Positions 1 to 5,667 of a stretch of DNA of 22,917 nucleotides are shown piece after piece. The position numbers were made by a program, and so were the translations under genes. Within the stretch, counting starts at the first letter, position 1, and every line of letters begins with the position of its first letter. The notes below the pieces were generated by a model. The model had not been told where the DNA came from. It made no database searches and saw nothing but the letters and a program-made list of their open reading frames with translations. The stretch is from positions 1 through 22,917 of the forward strand of contig JANMPT010000030.1 in the NCBI GenBank assembly GCA_031370005.1, given 5' to 3'. The DNA is from Bdellovibrionales bacterium. Lineage in GTDB: Bacteria > Bdellovibrionota > Bdellovibrionia > Bdellovibrionales > Bdellovibrionaceae.

Positions 1-2
1 GC

Positions 3-233
3 CTTATTGCTCGTAAAATCACTAAAGCCTATCGTGGAAGCAAACTCACAACTCCCTTTTGGCAGGGCTTAGCCTTTACGAGGGTATTAAAAAGCTCTTT
101 TGAAGAGATGCAGCTTAAAGGCTATTTTCAGGCCAATCGCGAGCAGGCTGAGAAGGGTTATTCGGCTCGACAAGAATACTTGGATAGATTCAATCGCTGG
201 GCTTATCGACTGCGGGTTCAGGATGACTCCTGA
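3..233 (+). CDS. Partial ORF (3' end); probable Y1/HUH tyrosine transposase, IS200/RAYT-like
   Basis: My own translation of frame +3 is open from the window edge to TGA at 231-233: LIARKITKAYRGSKLTTPFWQGLAFTRVLKSSFEEMQLKGYFQANREQAEKGYSARQEYLDRFNRWAYRLRVQDDS*. The FW...TRV...Y..AN arrangement resembles the C-terminal FWQ...Y(I)xxN catalytic-Tyr segment of RAYT-type Y1 transposases. The HUH motif would lie outside the window. Confidence 0.5.
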   Translation, partial: LIARKITKAYRGSKLTTPFWQGLAFTRVLKSSFEEMQLKGYFQANREQAEKGYSARQEYLDRFNRWAYRLRVQDDS

Positions 234-402
234 GGGTCTGGTATAAAACACCCCTTTCGACCTTTCTGAGCACGACGTGAGTCGGATCTAGTTTTGAGAC
301 TGAAGTTCTCATTGCAAGACAGTCCTGACGCACTCATAAAATAAGTTTGAGTAGGAGCAGAACTCAGGGGATAATTAAGAGAGTAGTACGTGGAGGCTTT
401 CC

Positions 403-1629
403 TTGAGTAATACCAAGCGTAATTTCATGCGTTTTGCGGGGATCACCGCAGTGGTCTCCATCGTCGATAAATTCTTATTACATCCCGCCCTCGCTCAAAC
501 CTGGCAAAAAGTAGCCAACCCCAGCGGTGCGTCTGGCACTTGGCAAAAGCTCACTGTCGCTTCAACTACAAATACTATCGGTATGGCTTCTGTGGCTGGT
601 GGAAATGCTCATACAGTTGCGCTGAGGTCCGATGGTTTGGTTTTTGCTTGTGGATATAATGGCCTTGGTCAGCTAGGGGATAATTCGACAGTCATTAAAT
701 CAACTTTTGTGCAGGCCCTGGGTATTTCTAATGCAGTGGCGATTGCTAGTGGGAGTTTTCACACGCTAGCACTGAGATCTGATGGTTTAGTTTTTGCCAG
801 TGGGAATAATGCCGCTGGCCAACTTGGAAACAATACAACTGCTGCCAAATCAACTTTTGTGCAGGCTCTTGGTATTTCTAATGCAGTGGCGATTGCTGGT
901 GGGAGTTCTCACACGCTAGCACTGAGATCTGATGGTTTAGTTTTCGCAAGTGGATATAATGTCAATGGCCAACTTGGGGATAATACGACAGTCAATAAAT
1001 TAACCTTTGTGCAAGCTCTTGGTATTTCCAATGCAGTGGCGATTGCTGGTGGGTATTATCACACAGTAGCGTTGAGATCTGATGGTCTGGTCTTTGCTTG
1101 TGGATATAATGGCCTTGGTCAACTTGGGGACAATACATCTGCTGCCAAATCAACTTTTGTGCAGGCTCTTGGTATTTCTAATGCAGTGGCGATTGCTGGT
1201 GGGAGTTTTCACACGCTAGCACTGAGATCTGATGGTTTAGTTTTCGGCAGTGGGAATAATGCCACTGGCCAACTTGGAGACAATACGACAGTCAATAAAT
1301 CAACTTTTGTGCAGGCTCTGGGTATTTCCAATGCAGTGGCGATTGCTAGTGGGTATTATCACACAATAGCGCTGAGGTCCGATGGTTTAGTTTTCGGCAG
1401 TGGGAATAATGTCAGTGGCCAACTAGGGGATAATTCGACAGTCATTAAATCAACTTTTGTGCAGGCTCTGGGCATTTCCAATGCAGTGGCAATTGCTAGT
1501 GGGGGTACTCACGCAATAGCCCTGAGGTCCGATGGTTTAGTTTTCACCAGTGGGAGTAATACCAATGGCCAGCTAGGGGACAATACGATAGTCAATAAAT
1601 CAACTTTTGTACAAGCTCTGCGGCCTTGA
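403..1629 (+). CDS. Exported RCC1/BLIP-II-like seven-bladed beta-propeller protein
   Basis: 408 aa with seven 50-aa repeats of type IAxGxxHTxALRSDGLVFxxGxNxxGQLGDN, the RCC1 repeat signature. TTG start with GGAGG at 392-396. The N-terminus resembles a Tat-like leader (TKRNFMR...PALA). Confidence 0.9.
   Translation: MSNTKRNFMRFAGITAVVSIVDKFLLHPALAQTWQKVANPSGASGTWQKLTVASTTNTIGMASVAGGNAHTVALRSDGLVFACGYNGLGQLGDNSTVIKSTFVQALGISNAVAIASGSFHTLALRSDGLVFASGNNAAGQLGNNTTAAKSTFVQALGISNAVAIAGGSSHTLALRSDGLVFASGYNVNGQLGDNTTVNKLTFVQALGISNAVAIAGGYYHTVALRSDGLVFACGYNGLGQLGDNTSAAKSTFVQALGISNAVAIAGGSFHTLALRSDGLVFGSGNNATGQLGDNTTVNKSTFVQALGISNAVAIASGYYHTIALRSDGLVFGSGNNVSGQLGDNSTVIKSTFVQALGISNAVAIASGGTHAIALRSDGLVFTSGSNTNGQLGDNTIVNKSTFVQALRP
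601..1620 (+). repeat. Intragenic tandem repeat of about 6.8 x 150 bp, one unit per propeller blade
   Basis: Units start at 601, 751, 901, 1051, 1201, 1351 and 1501 and align without gaps. By manual count, units 2 and 5 differ at 14 of 150 positions. Confidence 0.97.
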
Positions 1630-1705
1630 GCTATCTCCTCTCATTTTTTAATTGGCCTCCTGTTGAAAATCCGCTATCTTCCACCCTTTAATTCGAGGAG
1701 CAATT

Positions 1706-2221
1706 ATGGAACAAATCGCTTTTGAAACTATTCAGAATTCTATTGACCACATTTGTGGTATCACCGCCGAAGAGGACCTTGATGTTGTTTCCCAGGCTCT
1801 TTTTGACGCGCAGCCAGCGCTGGCTGGCTTTGTTGTGGAATTTATCGAAGATATGAGTGAAGAAGCGAAAGATTTGGGCTTCATGATGGCTTTGATTCTT
1901 TGGAAAAGTTTTGCAGAAAAATATCCTCAACTGCGCACTGTTGGCGAAGATGAAGTGGTCGCTAAATTCGAAGAGCAAGAGCCCGATCTTGAGAAGCTCC
2001 TGCAATTGAATGATGATATGCTTGAAGAAATTCAAAAAAATGAAATATTAAATGGTCAACCAGAAGTCTTGAGCTATGTAACTCAAGAGCTCTTTGCGCC
2101 TGAAGAGGAAGAGCCCTCTTTGGACGAAGATGAAGAGTTGCAATTGTTCATGGTCTTGAGATTCTTCTCTAATTGCCTGAATGACGCCGCTAAAGAAGTG
2201 ACGTCTACGACCAAGCACTAA
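1706..2221 (+). CDS. Hypothetical acidic, helical protein
   Basis: 171 aa, strongly Glu/Asp-rich. A GAGGAG RBS lies just upstream of the ATG. Two similar 'QP.L..FV/YV.E' segments. No family recognised. Confidence 0.75.
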   Translation: MEQIAFETIQNSIDHICGITAEEDLDVVSQALFDAQPALAGFVVEFIEDMSEEAKDLGFMMALILWKSFAEKYPQLRTVGEDEVVAKFEEQEPDLEKLLQLNDDMLEEIQKNEILNGQPEVLSYVTQELFAPEEEEPSLDEDEELQLFMVLRFFSNCLNDAAKEVTSTTKH

Positions 2222-2332
2222 TTTTCTAGAACAAAGAGATTAAAGCATATCGCTTCCAGCGAGTGGGCGCTTATCTTGTCAAATTCTAGATAGTTATACG
2301 GTATTGGTACAGTTAAAATACACATTTAAGAC

Positions 2333-2372
2333 AATAAAATTGCAATTTTATTACGACTGTGCTACACTGTAG
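2333..2372 (+). promoter_or_regulatory. Sigma70-type promoter of the Xre-RES operon with an overlapping palindromic operator
   Basis: TTGCAA (2340-2345), a 17-nt spacer, then TACACT (2363-2368) with an extended TG at 2360-2361. A perfect 20-bp palindrome AATAAAATTGCAATTTTATT (2333-2352) covers the -35, and CTACA-c-TGTAG (2362-2372) covers the -10. Confidence 0.65.
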
Positions 2373-2424
2373 TTCGATTGAAACTAAGGAAGAATCACCC
2401 ACCATCTATTGAAAGGGGGCTTAG

Positions 2425-2838
2425 GTGCAAACGTCAGCTATTGGTCTCAAAGAGCTTGGTGCCATTAAAAACTATCTCAAAATTCTGAGCGATGATCAGA
2501 AAGGGTTTCGTCCTGATGTCCTCCGACAAATCACTGGTTTGGCACCGCAGAATCTTTCGAAGAGCACGGGTGTTCCGAGATCAAGATTATACGATGAGGT
2601 TATTAAATTTAAACCCTCATCTGAACTCATGCGCAAAATTCTTCATGTCGTGATAGCGACCGACGAGGCTTATGAACTTATGAACAATAATGCTGCTGAT
2701 ACAGCTTTGTGGCTGAGTTCTCCGAGCACTATCTTTCTAGGATACAGCCCATTCGAGGTTTGCTTGCAGGGCCGAGGAGAAGAAGTTATCAGTTGGTTGA
2801 AAACTCGAACGGGTAAGCAAGCTGGTACCGGCTTCTAA
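2425..2838 (+). CDS. Antitoxin, Xre/MbcA/ParS family (N-terminal HTH, C-terminal toxin-binding domain)
   Basis: HTH-like segment (LSKSTGVPRSRLY). The C-terminal WLSSPSTIFLGYSPFEVCLQGRGEEVISWL matches the MbcA/ParS 'WL..P...L.G..P..L...G...V...L' pattern. Translationally coupled (TAATG) to a RES gene. Confidence 0.8.
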   Translation: MQTSAIGLKELGAIKNYLKILSDDQKGFRPDVLRQITGLAPQNLSKSTGVPRSRLYDEVIKFKPSSELMRKILHVVIATDEAYELMNNNAADTALWLSSPSTIFLGYSPFEVCLQGRGEEVISWLKTRTGKQAGTGF

Positions 2839-3605
2839 TGAAGAAGCCGTTTCATCGAAGCAAAAAAGTAGTCAAGAAAACGCTTCAGTTGCAAAGCAAG
2901 AAAAGTGGTTTAACCCATCGCATTGACGATTTTGATGGATTCGAGAAATTTGCCAAATCCATTTTGCATAAATTTGCTACCGATAATCAATTGCAGTTAG
3001 CTCAATCTTTGAAATTCCAAGAAGCGGTCGGAGGCATCTCTTTAGATATGAGCTTTTTGAAAAGCTATGATCGGCTTGAAAGTTATCGAATTTGTTTTGA
3101 TGGACTTGAGCCACTTTCAATTGTAGGAAGTTTTGGTTGTGGTGGTCGCTTTAACGTGGGGGCATCACAAAAATCAGAACATTTTCAACATGAAATGGCT
3201 GCCTGTATCTACGCTGCTTCAAGTATTGATTGTGCAAAAGCGGAGACTGGTCCGCACCAGAACCCTGAGATTTATGAGCTCTCTCTTTTGAAACCAATCA
3301 AACTATGGGATGTGAAGGCGTTGTTTTCGTCATTGGATAATTCTGAAAGCCTGATTTCTTCTATTGAGAAAAGTCCTTTCAATATGCAATGGTCCCTTCA
3401 AAAATTTCCAACACCGTCTCAGATTCTCGGATCGGCACTAAGGAAAATTGGCGGTGACGGCATCCTGTATCCATCAACCAAATTCAGTGAAGGAACCGTT
3501 TTTGGATTTTTTGTTAAAGATGGTGCAGAGGCTGAAGCTAGGTTCAAGGCTACTCGAATCAGTGATGGTCAACTAGAGTTGCCAGTTCAGGAACAGAGTA
3601 CCTGA
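2838..3605 (+). CDS. RES-domain toxin (MbcT/ParT-like, NAD+-acting family)
   Basis: Motifs YR...GGRFN...IYAASSIDCAKAE...SQILG..LR..G.DGILYPS supply the R, E and S residues of RES domains. Lies directly downstream of the Xre-like antitoxin. Confidence 0.8.
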   Translation: MKKPFHRSKKVVKKTLQLQSKKSGLTHRIDDFDGFEKFAKSILHKFATDNQLQLAQSLKFQEAVGGISLDMSFLKSYDRLESYRICFDGLEPLSIVGSFGCGGRFNVGASQKSEHFQHEMAACIYAASSIDCAKAETGPHQNPEIYELSLLKPIKLWDVKALFSSLDNSESLISSIEKSPFNMQWSLQKFPTPSQILGSALRKIGGDGILYPSTKFSEGTVFGFFVKDGAEAEARFKATRISDGQLELPVQEQST

Positions 3606-3655
3606 CAAGATTCGTCGTGAGAATTAGATGTCGCAATAAAAACATAAAATTGATT

Positions 3656-3937
3656 TTAAGAATCAACGGGTTCAACACCAATGTTGGTTTGTTTTTTTCG
3701 GAATTCTCCAGCCCATTTCCATGTTGATCCAAACATTTTCTTATGCAGTTTTCTAAGGCCTGTTGCCGACAATAAATCTTTTTTAAGAGTGCGACTGCTC
3801 ATCGCCCACTTCACAGCATCAGCGATGTCGCTCGCCTCAAACTCGTTGAGTTCCTGCTGAGTTGATAGGCGAGGGATTAGTCCTTTGAGTGTTTCCTCAT
3901 CTAATGGGGTTGCGCCCACAGGACTTTTAATTTTCAT
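3656..3937 (-). pseudogene. Truncated Fic-family 'mobile mystery protein B'
   Basis: The N-terminus (P.GATPLDEE...GLIP...TQ.ELNEFE...LHKKMFG.TWKWAG.FRK..TNIGV) is typical of this Fic subfamily. The ORF stops at 93 aa, before any HPFxxGNGR motif. ATGA overlap with the upstream partner gene. Confidence 0.75.
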
Positions 3938-4395
3938 TTAGCTTTCCAAATGCGCCGATCCTGATTCGATAGCATCTCCTGCGCAAGCTTCTCTATAAGT
4001 TGCTTTTGAGCCTTGGTGGAGGTGCCTTGAGATTCAAGCTTCATGGTGTTTTCAACATCTTTTGTAATAGCTCTTGCCGCAGTCAGAGCTTGTTTTTTCA
4101 GAGCCTCTTCAAGGCTTATTTTTGGTACTAAAAAATAGACGAATTCACAGTTTAATCCTTCGGCTGTTTTGTGCATTGTTTCTAGCGTGAGCTTGCCTGT
4201 GACTTCGTCTTTTTCAATTCGTTCTATGCGTTGCTTAATTACTCCCAGCCGAGAGGCAAGATCTTGCATCGACATACCAAGGGCCTCTCGAATTTCTTTA
4301 ACCCAGCCTGCGGACGGCACTTTCGTTTTTAATCCAACCAATCCTTCAAAGAATCGGTCTAACTGCATTCTGCGCAAGCCCTTTGTGTTCTTCAT
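3934..4395 (-). CDS. 'Mobile mystery protein A' (XRE-family HTH regulator)
   Basis: GW(V)KEIREALGMSMQDLASRLGV...ERIEKDE..GKLTLETM...AEGLNCEFVY...TMKLESQ...IW pattern. The ATG at 4395 has GAGGA upstream and is preferred over the GTG at 4410 in the ORF track. Confidence 0.85.
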   Translation of the reverse strand: MKNTKGLRRMQLDRFFEGLVGLKTKVPSAGWVKEIREALGMSMQDLASRLGVIKQRIERIEKDEVTGKLTLETMHKTAEGLNCEFVYFLVPKISLEEALKKQALTAARAITKDVENTMKLESQGTSTKAQKQLIEKLAQEMLSNQDRRIWKAK

Positions 4396-4410
4396 TCTTA
4401 CCGTCCTCAC

Positions 4411-4478
4411 ATAAGTAGACTTATTACTTTTTAACGTCTATTTATAGATAGACTATTAATCATAGTTTGTCTATATAT
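4411..4478. promoter_or_regulatory. Two tandem inverted-repeat operators, ATAnnTAGAC-N15-GTCTAnnTAT, upstream of mobile mystery protein A
   Basis: ATAAGTAGAC (4411-4420)-N15-GTCTATTTAT (4436-4445) and ATAGATAGAC (4444-4453)-N15-GTCTATATAT (4469-4478). Each pair is 9/10 complementary and the two are 33 bp apart. Confidence 0.65.
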
Positions 4479-4540
4479 GTATGGACCTTTATCCAAGTAT
4501 TATTGCATTAAATCTTAGCGGACTTGGATGGTCATATTCT

Positions 4541-5665
4541 TTAAAACAAGTACCTTCGGTAGGCGACGCTTGAGATAAGTCCCAGGCCCGCCATTGTGGT
4601 GAGCATGCTGGAACCTCCGTATGAGAGAAGCGGTAAGGGGACGCCTACAATGGGCAGCAGGCCGATCACCATTCCGATATTTACAAACATATGCCAGAAA
4701 ACATAACTGAGGACTCCCACCGATAGGAGAGCCCCAAACTTGTCTCGGGCGTTCATGGCAATTCTGAGGCCGAGAATAAACAGTAAACAAAAAAGCCCCA
4801 TGGTCATCATGCTGCCAACGAAACCGTGTTCTTCACTGAGAACACTATAAATGAAATCCGTATGGCGCTCTGGTAAGAACTCGAGCTGTGACTGTGTTCC
4901 CTTGCGGAAACCTTTTCCTAGGAATCGACCACTACCCACTGCGATTTTGGATTGGATACTATTGTATCCCGTTCCGCGGGGATCGTTGGTAGGTGACATG
5001 AAGGTCAAAATACGATTTTTTTGGTATTCACGAAGACCGAACTGCCATGCTACTGGTGCAGTGACAACCACTGCAGTGATCACGATGGCTAAGATCCATT
5101 TTTTTACCTTGGCAAAAAGAATCATCGAGCTGCCGATAGCGGCCAACATCATTCCAGTTCCCAAGTCTGGTTGCTCAACGACCAGGCCAAATGGGATGAG
5201 TAGAACAAGCAAAGGTACAGTGAGCTGCTTAATGCCCATTCCGGGACCTGCACTATTGCGAGTCGCAAGGATTTTCGCCATGAGTACTATTAGTGCCAGC
5301 TTCATTGTTTCGGACGGTTGATAGCGAAAGAAACCTAAATCAATCCAACGTTGGGCTCCAAGGGCCACAGTTCCAAAAAGAGTAGTGTAAAGAAGTGCCC
5401 CGAGGTTTAGAATGAAAACCAAAATCGCAAGGCGAGCCACAATGGCATAATCTAAGAGTGTACAGATAAAAAAAACACTCCAGCCAATGCCGAGCCAGAC
5501 AAACTGAGAAATAAACAAAGGCTCCACGTCACGGGAGTGTGGACCATGGGTCGCACTATATAGGTTCACCAGGCCGATGATATTCAGCGCAAAAATTACT
5601 AAAATAAAATTCAAATCAAGACGTTTAAATATTGTTCTCTTTTCGACTTGTATTGAAAAATCCAT
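4541..5665 (-). CDS. rodA: Rod shape-determining protein RodA (SEDS peptidoglycan polymerase)
   Basis: GAQRWI, QPSE, QPDLGT, LPERHTDFI and LSYGGSS motifs. Multi-TM protein directly downstream of mrdA. Confidence 0.96.
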   Translation of the reverse strand: MDFSIQVEKRTIFKRLDLNFILVIFALNIIGLVNLYSATHGPHSRDVEPLFISQFVWLGIGWSVFFICTLLDYAIVARLAILVFILNLGALLYTTLFGTVALGAQRWIDLGFFRYQPSETMKLALIVLMAKILATRNSAGPGMGIKQLTVPLLVLLIPFGLVVEQPDLGTGMMLAAIGSSMILFAKVKKWILAIVITAVVVTAPVAWQFGLREYQKNRILTFMSPTNDPRGTGYNSIQSKIAVGSGRFLGKGFRKGTQSQLEFLPERHTDFIYSVLSEEHGFVGSMMTMGLFCLLFILGLRIAMNARDKFGALLSVGVLSYVFWHMFVNIGMVIGLLPIVGVPLPLLSYGGSSMLTTMAGLGLISSVAYRRYLF

Positions 5666-5667
5666 TT

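Noticed and set aside
601..1620. CRISPR array or a complete DGR cassette
   Set aside because: The repeats are contiguous in-frame 150-bp coding units with no unique spacers. No cas gene, reverse transcriptase or separate template repeat is present in the window.
1688..2035. 115-aa minus-strand ORF
   Set aside because: It is antisense to the 1706-2221 gene, which has a good RBS and protein-like composition.
4491..4529. Inverted repeat ATCCAAGT...ACTTGGAT downstream of rodA as a terminator
   Set aside because: The stem is only 8 bp with a 23-nt loop and has no U-tract on the rodA strand. Too weak to call.
2222..4540. Defined mobile element (IS, prophage or integron cassette) carrying the TA-like genes
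   Set aside because: No integrase or transposase, terminal repeats, attC-like site or target duplication could be identified. It is treated only as an accessory islet.
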